Below, in pieces: positions 1-15,465 of a stretch of DNA of 64,000 nt (its first letter is position 1; each line of letters opens with the position of its first letter). The notes below the pieces were generated by a model that was not told the DNA's origin, searched no databases, and saw nothing but the letters and a program-made list of their open reading frames with translations. Source of the DNA: an uncultured Acidobacteriota bacterium (lineage in GTDB: Bacteria > Acidobacteriota > Thermoanaerobaculia > Multivoradales > UBA5704); contig CAVYRF010000002.1 in the NCBI GenBank assembly GCA_963770895.1, positions 864,001 to 928,000 of the forward strand, written 5' to 3'. The position numbers and the translations under genes are program-made.

Positions 1-89
1 GCAGCACCTGCCGCGTCTCTCCCCGCCTGCCCGCACTCCCGAATAGCTTCCCGACGGCCTCCTGCGCACGGCGGCCGCTGGCCGTCGCC

Positions 90-884
90 TCAGTCCCAGA
101 GATCCAGGGGGCGAGGTTCCAGGATGAGGCCGTGGGTGTGGGCGCGGCGGTAGAACTCTTCGAGGCCGGCCAGCTCTTCCTGGCGGAGGAAGAAGTGGAG
201 GCTTTCGGTGAGGTAGGAGCGGACCTCGGCGGAGTCGAGGTTGAGCTCGGCGGCGGATTCGCGGACCAGGGTGTCCAGGGAGGAGAGGCCGTAGCGCAGG
301 CTGCTTTTGAAGTAGAAGGAGAGGTCGGGCAGGTCGACTTCGGGGCGGACGGCCCAGACGGCGAAGGTGAAGGGCAGACCGGTCAGGGCGTGCCATTCGG
401 CGGCGAGGTCGTGGATCTGGTAGCGCTCGCGGTCGACGCGCAGCGCGGGGTCGCCGATGAGCAGGGCGGCGTCGGCGGTGGCCAGCATGCGTTCGGGGTC
501 GGGGTGCTCGTGGGTGTATTCGGGGTCCACGCCGAAGCGCTCGCGCAGCAGGATGCGCAGCAGGGCCGCCGAAGTACGGCTGTTTTGATCCAGGGCGACC
601 TTGCGGATTTGATCGGGCGGGCAGCGCGACACCATGAGCACGCTGCGCACCTCGTGATGGGCGGCGACGCAGAGATCGGCCAGCACCTTGAGCTGCGGGA
701 TGCGCTGCACCTCGATCGACGGGATCAGACCGATATCGAGATTGCCCTGTCCGAGCAGGCGCGCCACCACGGAGGGCGGATGGTAGCTGGGAGCGAACAG
801 GTCCGCGTGGTGCCCCTTGAGGAAGCCCCAGGCCAGCGGCTTGGCGTTCAGAAAGTTGACGATGCCGACTCGCAGCTTGGGCAA
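90..884 (-). CDS. mqnA: Menaquinone biosynthesis chorismate dehydratase (futalosine pathway), MqnA family
   Basis: N-terminal VGIVNFLNAKPL, SRTS motif, LLIGDPAL and DLAAEW..TGLPFTFAVW are typical of MqnA; 264 aa; directly downstream of rho. Confidence 0.88.
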   Translation of the reverse strand: MPKLRVGIVNFLNAKPLAWGFLKGHHADLFAPSYHPPSVVARLLGQGNLDIGLIPSIEVQRIPQLKVLADLCVAAHHEVRSVLMVSRCPPDQIRKVALDQNSRTSAALLRILLRERFGVDPEYTHEHPDPERMLATADAALLIGDPALRVDRERYQIHDLAAEWHALTGLPFTFAVWAVRPEVDLPDLSFYFKSSLRYGLSSLDTLVRESAAELNLDSAEVRSYLTESLHFFLRQEELAGLEEFYRRAHTHGLILEPRPLDLWD

Positions 885-892
885 GGTGACCC

Positions 893-2191
<1,299 letters not shown>

Positions 2192-2205
2192 GGTGCTCCT
2201 TTTTC

Positions 2206-2811
2206 TTATTCCTTATTCCCTGCACTCGCCGCAAGGTGGAGGTCGATGACACCCCACAGCTCTTTCATCCCTTCTCCCGAGTGCGCCGAGACGGGGATCA
2301 AGGGGACTTCCTCGCCGAGGCCCAACGCCTTGCCGATACCCGCCAACGCGGCGGTGCGCCGGCTGCGCCCGACGCGATCGATCTTGGTGGCCGCGATCGC
2401 CGTGCGCACCCCCAAATGCGCCAGGTATTGAAAGGCTTGCTGATCGAGGACCGTCGCGCCGACGTAGCCATCCACCAGCATCACCATCAACACCCTGGGT
2501 GTCGCTCGCTGCAAATACTCATTGACCACCTCTGCCCACTCACGCCGCTCCGTCTTGGCAGCGCGCGCATATCCGTATCCCGGCAGGTCGAGGAACCAGC
2601 AGCGGCCGTTGATGAGAAAAAGGTTGACGGCGCGCGTGCGACCCGGAGTGCCACCGACCCTGGCCAGGCCCTTCTGCCCCAGGATGCGGTTCATCAGGCT
2701 CGATTTGCCTACGTTCGAACGGCCGGCGAATGCAACCTCCGGGCGCCCGTCACGCGGGAAATCTCCGCTCCGATGAGCGGACCGAACGAACTCCGCAGTC
2801 TCGACCTTCAC
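2206..2811 (-). CDS. engB: Ribosome biogenesis GTP-binding protein YihA/EngB
   Basis: [25 protein letters not shown] motifs; conserved position after lon. Confidence 0.95.
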   Translation of the reverse strand: MKVETAEFVRSAHRSGDFPRDGRPEVAFAGRSNVGKSSLMNRILGQKGLARVGGTPGRTRAVNLFLINGRCWFLDLPGYGYARAAKTERREWAEVVNEYLQRATPRVLMVMLVDGYVGATVLDQQAFQYLAHLGVRTAIAATKIDRVGRSRRTAALAGIGKALGLGEEVPLIPVSAHSGEGMKELWGVIDLHLAASAGNKE

Positions 2812-2897
2812 GGGCTCTTCGTGAGGCGGTACACGCCCGCCTCCATCGCAATTTTCAATCTGATTTGCCTCGAGGACCGCACCGGCCGCGAAGACCG

Positions 2898-2917
2898 GCG
2901 CGGGGGAAACCCCCGCG
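2898..2917 (-). terminator. GC-rich hairpin just after the lon stop codon (possible terminator or processing stem)
   Basis: cgcggggg-aaa-cccccgcg perfect stem; no clear U tract. Confidence 0.35.
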
Positions 2918-2928
2918 GCGACGCCAGG

Positions 2929-5346
<2,418 letters not shown>

Positions 5347-5389
5347 AGATGGAAGACTCTCTGCAGCTCCTGGAGCTTGCCAGCCGCGG

Positions 5390-6628
<1,239 letters not shown>

Positions 6629-6834
6629 CTCTCCTCCGTTGCACGCCGGGACGGTAGGGCCAGGGAATAGTCTTGATGCTAGGAGCGACTGGAACCCCTG
6701 TCAACTAGCCTCCGCCTGTAGAACAGGGTGCCGGCGCGCGGCTATTCCGCTCACCGCCCGCCGCCGCGACGGTTGACAGCGCCGGGACCGAGGGTCGACC
6801 GGCGCCGCCCGACAGCCACAATGGCTCCGCCGCC

Positions 6835-7530
6835 TCACCGGCCGCCCCCACCCATCGCGCCGGCGGCACCGGCCGCGGGCGACGGCGACGGACCGGACGA
6901 ACCGCCATGCCCCCCCGCCGGACCGCCAACCGGCGACGGGCCGGTGGGACCGCGCCGCTGCATCACCCGGTCGGCCAGGCCGTAGGCCAGCGCTTCCGGC
7001 GCCGCCAGGATGCGGTCGCGCTCGGTATCGTTGTGGACCTCTTCCTTGGTCTTGCCGGTATGGAAGGCCAGGATCTCGTCCATCTTGTCGCGCATGATGA
7101 ACATGTCCTTGGCGTGGATCTCGATGTCGCTCTGCTGCCCCTGCAGACCGGACAGCCACGGCTGGTGGATGAGGATACGGCTGTTGGGCAGCAGGATGCG
7201 CTTGCCCTTGGTGCCAGCCGCCATCAGCACCGCCGCCATCGAAGCGGCCTGACCGACGCAGTAGGTCGAGACGTCAGGCTTGATGTACTGCATGGTGTCG
7301 TAGATCGCCAGACCGGAGCTGATCGAGCCGCCGGGGGAGTTGATGTACAGAGAGATGTCCTTTTCGGGGTTTTCCGCTTCCAAAAAGAGCATCTGGGCGA
7401 TGATCAGGCTGGCCACGTCGTCGTCGATCGTGCGCCCCAGGAAGATGATGTTGTCCCGCAGCAGGCGCGAATAAATGTCATAGGCGCGCTCGCCGCGGCT
7501 GGTCTGCTCTACTACCATCGGGATCAGCAT
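6835..7530 (-). CDS. clpP: Clp protease proteolytic subunit ClpP, with Gly/Pro-rich C-terminal tail
   Basis: [21 protein letters not shown] (Ser), IHQP (His), DTERD (Asp). Confidence 0.98.
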   Translation of the reverse strand: MLIPMVVEQTSRGERAYDIYSRLLRDNIIFLGRTIDDDVASLIIAQMLFLEAENPEKDISLYINSPGGSISSGLAIYDTMQYIKPDVSTYCVGQAASMAAVLMAAGTKGKRILLPNSRILIHQPWLSGLQGQQSDIEIHAKDMFIMRDKMDEILAFHTGKTKEEVHNDTERDRILAAPEALAYGLADRVMQRRGPTGPSPVGGPAGGHGGSSGPSPSPAAGAAGAMGGGGR

Positions 7531-7545
7531 GCTGTTTTCGCTCTC

Positions 7546-9048
7546 CTAAACCGTATCCGGGGCGGCGGTACCCGGCTCGCCGGCGTCGGCTCCATGGGGG
7601 CCATGGCCGCCATGGGCATGGACACCTGCCGCGGCAGCCTCATCCCCGGCCTGACCGGCAGCCGGCAGCTCGCCCAGCAGGTGCCGCGTCGTCTTGTCGC
7701 GCCGCATCTGGTTGCGCAGCGATTCGAGCCTGCCGTCTTCGTCGAGGGCGCGGCGCAAAGCCGGCGTCGTCGTCTGTTGCGCGCGCGCCAGGGTCGCCAG
7801 GGCGCGCTCGAACTCTTCGTCGGTGACCGCCACCCCTTCGGCCGCGGCCACCGCATCCAGCAACAACCGGTCGTGCACGCGCTGCTCGGCCAGCGGGCGG
7901 ATCTGCTGGCGGATCTCCTGCCAGTCGACACCCGCCTGCTCGGCGCGCAGGCCGCGCCGGGTCAGATTGTCGGCGTAGTCGCGAGCCATGTGCTCGATCT
8001 CGTGCTCCACGACGCCCTGCGGCAGCTCCAGCGGATGGCGCTCCCGCAGCTGTTGGAGCAACGTCGCCCGCCGGTGGTCGTTGCGCTCCTGGGTCCGCCC
8101 TTCGCGCAGGCGTTGCACCACCAGGTCGCGCAACGCCGACAGACCACCCAGCTCGGGGTTGACCCGCGCCGCCAGATCGTCGTCGAGAGCCGGCAGCTCA
8201 CGCTGCTTGACCGCGTCCACTTTCACCTTGAAACGCCGGCGACGCGCCGGGGTTGCAACGGCCGCAACGTCGGCCGCGTCCGCGGCGTCCGCGCCGGCGG
8301 CGGGCGCGGCGGGGGCCGTCACCTCTCCGGGCGCGGGCTCGTGCACGAAGGTGGTCTCCTGACCGGCCTCGACGCCGGTGACGGCCAGGGACAGGTCCTC
8401 CCACACGCGCGCATCGCCGACTTCGAACTCGACAGGCTGCGGCGCCGGGGCCGCCGCCTTGGAGTCGGTGGCATCGGCGGAGTCGGTGGCGGTGCCGGCA
8501 GCTGCGGCGCCCGCCGCGTCGTCGGGCAGCTCGGTGATCTGGGTGTGCACCAGGTCGCCACGCGCCGCCGCCCGCGTCACCGGCACCCATTCGCCGAAGC
8601 GCATCCGCAGGTCGTCCAGCGCCTTTTCCACGTCCATCTCCCCCGGCTCGACGTCGGGGTTGGGGATGTTGAAGTCGTGCACGTTGCGCAGCTCGATGCG
8701 CGGCCGCGTTTCGACGGTGGCGACGAAGGTGAGCGGGCCGCCGGATTCGACGTCGCGCACTTCGTCCACTTCGGGCGGCATCAGCGGATCGAGCTCGGCT
8801 TCAGCCTGAGCCTGGCGCCAATAGCGCGGCAGCAACCGATCCACCACTTCGTGCTCGATCTCCTTGGCGAAGCGGCGGCGCACCAGATCCGACGGCACCT
8901 TGCCGCGCCGGAAGCCGGGCACCCGCACGCGCTGCGCGTATTCGCGCACCACCCGCTGGGTCTCCGCTTCGACGGCAGGCGCCGGAACCTCCACCGTGAC
9001 CTGTTTGCGCCACGGCCCTACGTCTTGCACTGCTACCACCACGCTCAT
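7546..9048 (-). CDS. tig: Trigger factor
   Basis: VPGFRRGKVP ribosome-binding signature; tig-clpP-clpX-lon order. Confidence 0.93.
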   Translation of the reverse strand: MSVVVAVQDVGPWRKQVTVEVPAPAVEAETQRVVREYAQRVRVPGFRRGKVPSDLVRRRFAKEIEHEVVDRLLPRYWRQAQAEAELDPLMPPEVDEVRDVESGGPLTFVATVETRPRIELRNVHDFNIPNPDVEPGEMDVEKALDDLRMRFGEWVPVTRAAARGDLVHTQITELPDDAAGAAAAGTATDSADATDSKAAAPAPQPVEFEVGDARVWEDLSLAVTGVEAGQETTFVHEPAPGEVTAPAAPAAGADAADAADVAAVATPARRRRFKVKVDAVKQRELPALDDDLAARVNPELGGLSALRDLVVQRLREGRTQERNDHRRATLLQQLRERHPLELPQGVVEHEIEHMARDYADNLTRRGLRAEQAGVDWQEIRQQIRPLAEQRVHDRLLLDAVAAAEGVAVTDEEFERALATLARAQQTTTPALRRALDEDGRLESLRNQMRRDKTTRHLLGELPAAGQAGDEAAAAGVHAHGGHGPHGADAGEPGTAAPDTV

Positions 9049-9070
9049 GCGCCGTCCTTACCCCCTGAGT

Positions 9071-9159
9071 TGGTGCGAAAGGGGGGACTCGAACCCCCAA
9101 CCCGATCTCTCGGGACTAGATCCTAAGTCTAGCGCGTATACCAGTTCCGCCACTTTCGC
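9071..9159 (-). tRNA. tRNA-Leu(TAG)
   Basis: Reverse complement GCGAAAGTGGCGGAACTGGTATACGCG-CTAGA CT TAG GA TCTAG-long variable arm-GGGGGTTCGAGTCCCCCCTTTCGCACCA; usual position upstream of tig. Confidence 0.97.
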
Positions 9160-9238
9160 AGTGAGATCCTCCTGGAGGATACAGCGGAGGATGAAGAATC
9201 TAGGCTGTAGGGTGTTGGAGTCTCGGAGTTGAAAAGAG

Positions 9239-9314
9239 TGGTGAGCCGCCTAGGAATCGAACCTAGAACCCGCAGATTAAGAGTCTGCTGCTCTGCCAAT
9301 TGAGCTAGCGGCCC
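9239..9314 (-). tRNA. tRNA-Lys(CTT)
   Basis: Reverse complement GGGCCGCTAGCTCAATTGGCAGAGCA-GCAGA CT CTT AA TCTGC-GGGTTCTAGGTTCGATTCCTAGGCGGCTCACCA. Confidence 0.97.
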
Positions 9315-9326
9315 TGTATCGCGCCG

Positions 9327-9356
9327 ATCATACTGAATCGGCCGGGGGGCTGACAA
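9327..9356 (-). promoter_or_regulatory. Sigma70-type promoter for the tRNA-Lys/tRNA-Leu/tig unit
   Basis: TTGTCA-N18-TATGAT on the minus strand, 12 nt upstream of tRNA-Lys. Confidence 0.65.
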
Positions 9357-9437
9357 CTGACGACAACCTCCTGTTCCCTGCAGTGCATTCCCGATCGTCC
9401 AGCGCGCCGCACCCGCCGGTGCCCCCGCGCCGGCCCT

Positions 9438-9731
9438 TCACACCGAACCACCCTGCACAAAATGCACCACCTCGATGCGGTCGCCGGCGGCGAGCCGCGT
9501 CGCGGCATATTCGGCGCGCGGCAGCAGATCGCCGTTGCGCTCGACGGCCACCGTCCGCGGGTCGCGCCCCAGCTGGGCGATCAGGTCGCCGACGGTCGCG
9601 CCCACGGCGACCTGGTGCGGCTCGCCGTTGAGCGTCAGACCCAGCCGCTGGGTGTCGGCGCCGCCGGAAGCGGGGGCAGTGCCGGCGGGGGCGGCAGCGG
9701 CGGAGGGCGGGGGCGGTTGCGACGGAGCCAT
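9438..9731 (-). CDS. thiS: Sulfur carrier protein, ThiS family (ends GG-SV)
   Basis: LTLNGEP...VAVERNG...[13 protein letters not shown]; ATG at 9731 overlaps the stop of the upstream gene (real gene is the 3' end of ORF 9438..11072). Confidence 0.85.
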   Translation of the reverse strand: MAPSQPPPPSAAAAPAGTAPASGGADTQRLGLTLNGEPHQVAVGATVGDLIAQLGRDPRTVAVERNGDLLPRAEYAATRLAAGDRIEVVHFVQGGSV

Positions 9732-10543
9732 CACAAAAGGTGCTTCAGCTCGGCGCGGCCGATGCCGCTGATGGCGCTGATGATGAGCGCGGCGGTGCCG
9801 CGATCCAGCGACGGGATCTCGAAACGCAGCGGCAGACCGCCCAATTCGTCGGTTTTCCCGACCGCCAGCACGCGCGGTTCGGCGATCGTCGAGATCATGC
9901 GCACCGACACCTGGGCGCCGGCGACCGGCAGGCCGCTCTTGCTCGAGCTGGTGCGCAGCGCCAGGCTGGCCCGGCGCCCGAGCGCCAGGTCCGATTCCCC
10001 CTCCAACACCAGCACCAGCTGTTCCTGGTCGGCTTCGTTGGTGAGGTATTCCAGGATCACCTGGTCCAGGGTGCGCTCGCCGCCCATCGGCTTGGCGGCG
10101 GCGGGCGCCGCAACGGCCGGCGGCGACGGCGCCAGCGGCAGCGCGGTAGACGGCGGCGCGGCAGCCGGTGCCGCGGACGGCGACGCGGCGACGACGACGG
10201 GTTGCAGCGCGGGTGTCGGCGCTCGGAGCGGCACCGCCGACAGCACCGGCATCGCCGAGGTCTTGGACGGCTTGACGGCCATCGCCGCGATGCGGCTGTC
10301 GAATTTGCCGTGGCGGATGGCGGCGATCATGGTGCGGTGCTGGTGGTCCATGAACGCGATGATCTCTCTTTCGTCGCGCCCCGCGGCCAGCAGCTCGGCG
10401 TAGCTGGCCCGCTTCGTCGCCAGCACCTGGCCGCCCACGTAGATCATGCTTTCGATGAAAGGGTTGGCGGCGCCCTTGTCCTCGGTCTGGACATGGAAGA
10501 CCACTTCGCCGTGGCGGACGTCGGTGTTGTAACCGGTGATCAT
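9731..10543 (-). CDS. Conserved hypothetical protein (N-terminal [13 protein letters not shown] domain, Pro/Ala linker, LDQVILEYL motif, beta-rich C-terminus)
   Basis: Globular-looking N- and C-terminal domains with host-like codon usage; start set at MITGYN. Confidence 0.7.
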   Translation of the reverse strand: MITGYNTDVRHGEVVFHVQTEDKGAANPFIESMIYVGGQVLATKRASYAELLAAGRDEREIIAFMDHQHRTMIAAIRHGKFDSRIAAMAVKPSKTSAMPVLSAVPLRAPTPALQPVVVAASPSAAPAAAPPSTALPLAPSPPAVAAPAAAKPMGGERTLDQVILEYLTNEADQEQLVLVLEGESDLALGRRASLALRTSSSKSGLPVAGAQVSVRMISTIAEPRVLAVGKTDELGGLPLRFEIPSLDRGTAALIISAISGIGRAELKHLL

Positions 10544-10918
10544 CGGCGGCGGCGCAGAGGGCGGCGGCAACCTTGACGTTTTTGGGCTCGGCTGATTCTA
10601 GGAAGAGCCCGGTGCGGAAGCAAGGATTATACGGAAAAGGCGGCGGAACCGCTGGAAAGCCGGCCAGACAGCCGGCGGACGGCCCCTTCGCCGCCATCCC
10701 GGGCCTCGCCGGCCGCTCTCCTACCGTCGCCGGCCGCCGGGGCGTACAATGGGGACGGCCCACCGAGCCCGTCCCACCCTCACCGGCCAGCGGCGGGGGG
10801 CCGGGCCGACAGGGTGCTGCGGGAAACCGGAGCGCCTCCCGTGCTTGGAAAGGCGGGCCGCGCCAGGAACCTTCCTGGCGGGGTGGTCGTGTTCGTGGCG
10901 GTGCGGCCCCAGGAGACC

Positions 10919-12124
10919 ATGAGCCCCACCGGCACCGCGCCGCATCCCACCCGCATCCGCCTGCCGATCCTCGCGGAACCGGGCTCGACCTCGCCGCAGA
11001 CCGTGCCGCCACCGCGCGGTCCTGCCGGGCGGCGTGCGGCATCCCCCGCGCTGGGGCCGATGTTCGCGGCAACCCCGGCGGGCGCGGCCGCGGCGCCGCA
11101 GCGGGCCGCGCCCGCGCCGGCGCCCGCCACCAGTCTCGTCGACGGTTTTGGCCGCCGTCTCACCTACCTGCGGGTATCGGTGACCGACCGCTGCAACCTG
11201 CGCTGCCTGTATTGCCTGCCCGACGACGCCGCCTTGCCGTTCGGGGAACGCGACTTCCTGAACCCCGACCAGATCGTGGCCATCGTCGGCGCCCTGGTGC
11301 GGCTGGGCATCCGGCGGGTCCGCCTCACCGGCGGCGAACCTCTGGTGCGCAAGGACATCCTGGACATCGCCCGCCGCATCAAGGCGCTGCCCGGCGTCGA
11401 CGACCTGGCCCTGTCCACCAACGGCACCGAGCTGGCGCGGCTGGCAGGTCCGCTGCGCGCCGCGGGCGTCGACCGGGTCAACATCAGCCTGGACAGCCTG
11501 GACGCCGAACGCTTCCACGCCATCACCCAGCGCGGCGACCTGGCGGCGGTCTGGGAGGGCGTCCAGGCGGCGCTCGCGGTCGGCTTTTCGCCGGTCAAGC
11601 TCAACGCCGTGCTGCTCGCGCGGCAAAACCTCGACGACGTCGACAGCCTGGTCCAGCTCACCCTGGAGCAGCCGCTCTCGGTGCGCTTCATCGAGATGAT
11701 GCCGACCGCCAGCAACCGCGCCCTGCAGCCCGCGGAATTCGTCTCCGCCGCCACGGTGCACGACCACATCAGCCAGCGCTTCGGCCCGTTGCTGCCGGTG
11801 GACCCCGCCGCCGGCGCCGCGCGCACCGGCCCGGCCCGCGCCTATCGCCTGGCGGGCGCGGCGGGAGAAGTGGGCTTCATCACGCCGCTTTCGCACACCT
11901 TCTGCGCCGACTGCAACCGGCTGCGCCTGACCGCCCGCGGCGAGCTGCGGCTGTGCCTGTTCGCCGACCAGGTTCACCCCCTGCGCCAGCTGCTCGACGC
12001 CGCCGATCCCGGCCCGGCCCTCGAAGCCGAGATCCTGCGCGTCGTGCAGGAAAAGCCCGCCGAGCACCTGCTGGCGCAGAGCAACTACGGCAACCTGCGC
12101 AGCTTCATGGAAATCGGCGGCTGA
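10919..12124 (+). CDS. moaA: GTP 3',8-cyclase MoaA (radical SAM)
   Basis: [25 protein letters not shown]-terminal [14 protein letters not shown], ends IGG; RBS aggag before ATG 10919. Confidence 0.96.
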   Translation: MSPTGTAPHPTRIRLPILAEPGSTSPQTVPPPRGPAGRRAASPALGPMFAATPAGAAAAPQRAAPAPAPATSLVDGFGRRLTYLRVSVTDRCNLRCLYCLPDDAALPFGERDFLNPDQIVAIVGALVRLGIRRVRLTGGEPLVRKDILDIARRIKALPGVDDLALSTNGTELARLAGPLRAAGVDRVNISLDSLDAERFHAITQRGDLAAVWEGVQAALAVGFSPVKLNAVLLARQNLDDVDSLVQLTLEQPLSVRFIEMMPTASNRALQPAEFVSAATVHDHISQRFGPLLPVDPAAGAARTGPARAYRLAGAAGEVGFITPLSHTFCADCNRLRLTARGELRLCLFADQVHPLRQLLDAADPGPALEAEILRVVQEKPAEHLLAQSNYGNLRSFMEIGG

Positions 12125-12400
12125 CCCGCCGCTGTTATCCATTGCAGCTCCCCAGCCGGCGCGGCGGGCCCACCGGGTTCATCCGGGCCGCCGCCAGGCA
12201 GCGGGACAGGGTGGCGTCGCCGCTCCACGGATCAGGACGGCGCCGGCGGTGGACGCCTTTTTGACGGCGTGCGACAATGCCGTGTTCCGGCCGGCTGACG
12301 CTGCCGGGCGGGACACTAATGCTGAATTCAGAGCTCGAACCCGGGCAGGCGCCCGGGTTTCTGCACCATCTCTCATCCTGGCAATACGAGGAGACTACGA

Positions 12401-13219
12401 ATGGCTCAGACCGAGGTTGCGGAACAGACTGCGCAGCGCACCCTGGTCCGGTACGAGGTGCGTGAGGGCGTGGCCTATCTGACGCTCGACGATCCGCCGG
12501 CCAACACTTACACCCACGAGATGATGCGGCAGCTGGACGCCGCCATCCTGCAGGCCCGCTTCGACGCCAACGTCCACGTGCTGGTGCTGGTCGGCAACGG
12601 CGACAAGTTCTTCTGCGCCGGCGCCAACATCCAGATGCTGTCCGAGGCGGAACCCAACTTCAAGTACTACTTCTGCCTGCACGCCAACGAGACGCTCAAC
12701 CGGCTGGAGCAGACGCCGAAGCTGGTCATCGCGGCGCTCAACGGCCACACCGTCGGCGGCGGCCTTGAAATCGCCATGGCGGCCGATCTGCGCATCGCCA
12801 AGCGCAATGCCGGCAAGGTCGGCTTGCCGGAGATCAACCTCGGCGTGCTCCCCGGTACCGGCGGCACCCAGCGGCTGGCCCGCCTGGTCGGCAAGTCGCG
12901 CGCCATCGAGCTGATGACCACCGGCCGCCTCATCACCTTCGAAGAGGCGCAGGACATGGACATCGTCAATCAGATCTTCGAGCCGCAGGACTTCGCGGCG
13001 CAGATCCACACCTACGCCCGCCAGTTCTGCCCGCCCGGCCGCGCCGCCAAGGCGGTGGGACGCATCAAGCGGTCGGTGCAGTCGGGCGCCGAAGTGCCGT
13101 TCGAAAGCGGCCTGGCCATCGAGCGGGAACTGCAGCAGCAGCTGTTCGAGAGCAAGGACGCGCGCGAAGGCCTGGACGCCTACATCGGCAAGCGGCAGCC
13201 GCAGTTCAAGGGGCTGTAA
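12401..13219 (+). CDS. Enoyl-CoA hydratase/isomerase (crotonase) family protein
   Basis: FFCAGANI, GHTVGGGLEIAMAADLR, GLPEINLGVLPGTGGTQRL. Confidence 0.9.
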   Translation: MAQTEVAEQTAQRTLVRYEVREGVAYLTLDDPPANTYTHEMMRQLDAAILQARFDANVHVLVLVGNGDKFFCAGANIQMLSEAEPNFKYYFCLHANETLNRLEQTPKLVIAALNGHTVGGGLEIAMAADLRIAKRNAGKVGLPEINLGVLPGTGGTQRLARLVGKSRAIELMTTGRLITFEEAQDMDIVNQIFEPQDFAAQIHTYARQFCPPGRAAKAVGRIKRSVQSGAEVPFESGLAIERELQQQLFESKDAREGLDAYIGKRQPQFKGL

Positions 13220-13226
13220 AGGGACT

Positions 13227-14483
13227 GTGATGGACAAGGGCGGCCCGCAGCCCGACGACATCGTGCTGGCGGCACCGGTACGCACGCCGATCGGCAAGTT
13301 CGGCGGCGTGCTGGCGGCGCTGTCGGCGGCCGACCTGGGCGTCGCGGCCGCTGCCGCCGCGCTCCAACGCGCGGGGGTGCCGCCGCAAGCGGTCGACCAG
13401 GTCATTTTCGGCCACGCGCGGCAGGCGGGCGGCGGCCCCAACACCGCCCGCCAGATTTCGCATCGCGCCGGCGTGCCGGACGACCGCCCCGCCTTCACCG
13501 TCAACCAGGCCTGCGGCTCGGGCCTGCAGGCGGTGCTGTGCGCCGCCCGCGCCATCCGCCTCGGCGAAGCGCGGGTGGTGCTCGCCGGCGGCACCGAAAG
13601 CATGTCCAACACCCCCTACCTGCTGCCGCGCGCGCGGTGGGGGTACCGTCTCGGGCACGCCGAAATCGTCGACGGCATGTACCGCGACGGCTTCAACGAC
13701 CCACTGTCCGGCCTGGTCATGGGAGAGACGGCCGAAGAGCTGGCGGCGGAGGCGGGCATCGACCGCGCCGCCGCCGACGCCTATGCGCTGCAAAGCCAGG
13801 CCCGCTGCGAGCAGGCCCGCGCCGCCGGCCGGTTCGCCGGCGAGCTGGTGCCGGTCACGGTACAGGGCAAAAAGGGCGACCAGGTGGTGGACCGCGACGA
13901 GCATCCACGCGACGGCACCACCCTGGCGGCGCTCGGCCGCATGGCGCCGGTGTTCCGCGACGCCGGCACCGTCACCGCCGGCAACGCCTCGGGCATCACC
14001 GACGGCGCCGCCGCCCTGATCGTCGCCTCGCGCCAGGCGGCCACCGACCTGGGGCTGCCGATCGCCGCGCGGCTGATCGCCTGGGAAGTCGTCGGCGTCG
14101 AGCCGCGCATCATGGGGATCGGCCCGGTGCCCGCCGTCGAGCGCCTGCTGGCACGCACCGGCTTCGCCCTGAGCGAGCCCGCGGCGGCCACCGGCACCGC
14201 CACCGCCGCCAACGACATCGATGCCGTCGAGCTCAACGAAGCGTTTGCCTCGCAGGTGCTGGCCTGCCTGAAGGGCCTGCACCTCCCCGCTGACAGCCAG
14301 CTGGTCAACCGGGATGGCGGCGCCATCGCCCTGGGCCACCCCATCGGCGCCACCGGCGCGCGCATCCTGGTCACCCTGCTCCACGGCCTCGCGGCGCGCA
14401 ACCAGAAGCGCGGCATCGCCACCCTGTGCGTGTCCGGCGGCCTGGGCCTGGCCGCCCTGGTCGAGCGCGAGGATGCGGCATGA
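13227..14483 (+). CDS. Acetyl-CoA C-acyltransferase (thiolase)
   Basis: NQACGSG (Cys), NEAFA, GAIALGHPIGATG, CVSGG. Confidence 0.95.
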   Translation: MMDKGGPQPDDIVLAAPVRTPIGKFGGVLAALSAADLGVAAAAAALQRAGVPPQAVDQVIFGHARQAGGGPNTARQISHRAGVPDDRPAFTVNQACGSGLQAVLCAARAIRLGEARVVLAGGTESMSNTPYLLPRARWGYRLGHAEIVDGMYRDGFNDPLSGLVMGETAEELAAEAGIDRAAADAYALQSQARCEQARAAGRFAGELVPVTVQGKKGDQVVDRDEHPRDGTTLAALGRMAPVFRDAGTVTAGNASGITDGAAALIVASRQAATDLGLPIAARLIAWEVVGVEPRIMGIGPVPAVERLLARTGFALSEPAAATGTATAANDIDAVELNEAFASQVLACLKGLHLPADSQLVNRDGGAIALGHPIGATGARILVTLLHGLAARNQKRGIATLCVSGGLGLAALVEREDAA

Positions 14484-15454
14484 CCTGGGCGCCCGTCGTG
14501 GTGTCGTCCGCCGGCGAAGAGCGGGTGCGCCCCTACGTCCAGGCCCTGCAGGCGGCCGGCGTACCGGCGGAAGCGATCCGCGTCGTCACGCCGGACGGCC
14601 TGGCCGATCTGCCCGACGCGACGGACCTGGCGGCCACGGCATCCGGCGGTTGCGGCTGCGACGCCAAGGCAACGGACGCTGCGCGGTCACTGGCGGCACC
14701 GCCGGCACAGGCCGGCGCGGCTGCCGCGGCGGCGGCGGCGATGGCGGGGGCCGCCGGCCTGGTGCTGTGCGGCGGCTGCGACGTGGCGCCCCAGCTCTAT
14801 GGCGAAGCGCCGCTGGCGGGCGCCGGGCTGTCCCTGCTGCCGGCCAGGGACGCCCTGGAATGGGAGCTGCTGGTGGTGGCGCGCGCGCGGCGCCTGCCGG
14901 TGTGGGGCGTCTGCCGCGGGTTCCAGCTGCTCAACGTCTTCTTCGGCGGTTCGCTATGGCAGGACCTGGCCTTGCAGCGGCCCAGCGCGGTGGCGCACGA
15001 GGCGGTGCAGCCGCTGGACCTGTTGTCGCACTCCGTACAGGTGATCGCACCGGACGCCCCGCTGGGCAACCGCCTTGCCGACGGCGGCGCGCCGCTGCTG
15101 GTCAACAGCCGCCACCACCAGGGCGTCAAGCGCCTGGGCGCCGGCCTGCAGGCCGTTGCCGCGGCACCCGACGGCTTGATCGAAGCCGCGATCCTGGCGC
15201 CGGCGCCCGCGGCGCCCGGCTCCGGCGGCGCGGGCGGGGCCGGCGGCTGGTGGGTGCGGGGGGTCGAATGGCACCCCGAAAACCTCCTGGACCTGCCCCA
15301 GCACCTGGCCTTGTGGCGCGACTTCGCCGCGGCGCTTGCCGCATCCGCGGCGCGGGCCGCCGGCGCCGCTCCTGATCATGCCGTCGCGGCCGCCCTTCCT
15401 GGGGGCGCCGCGGAAGCCCCCGCCGGCGTCGCCGCGGCGCCGACTGCTGCCTGA
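14480..15454 (+). CDS. Class I glutamine amidotransferase-like, gamma-glutamyl-GABA hydrolase (peptidase C26) family
   Basis: GVCRGFQLLN nucleophile elbow, VNSRHHQ, WHPE; ATGA overlap with the thiolase stop. Confidence 0.85.
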   Translation: MTWAPVVVSSAGEERVRPYVQALQAAGVPAEAIRVVTPDGLADLPDATDLAATASGGCGCDAKATDAARSLAAPPAQAGAAAAAAAAMAGAAGLVLCGGCDVAPQLYGEAPLAGAGLSLLPARDALEWELLVVARARRLPVWGVCRGFQLLNVFFGGSLWQDLALQRPSAVAHEAVQPLDLLSHSVQVIAPDAPLGNRLADGGAPLLVNSRHHQGVKRLGAGLQAVAAAPDGLIEAAILAPAPAAPGSGGAGGAGGWWVRGVEWHPENLLDLPQHLALWRDFAAALAASAARAAGAAPDHAVAAALPGGAAEAPAGVAAAPTAA

Positions 15455-15465
15455 GATTCAGGCGG

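Noticed and set aside
9071-9314. tRNA genes as a prophage or island attachment site
   Set aside because: No integrase and no duplicated tRNA 3' end was seen; the flanks are core genes.
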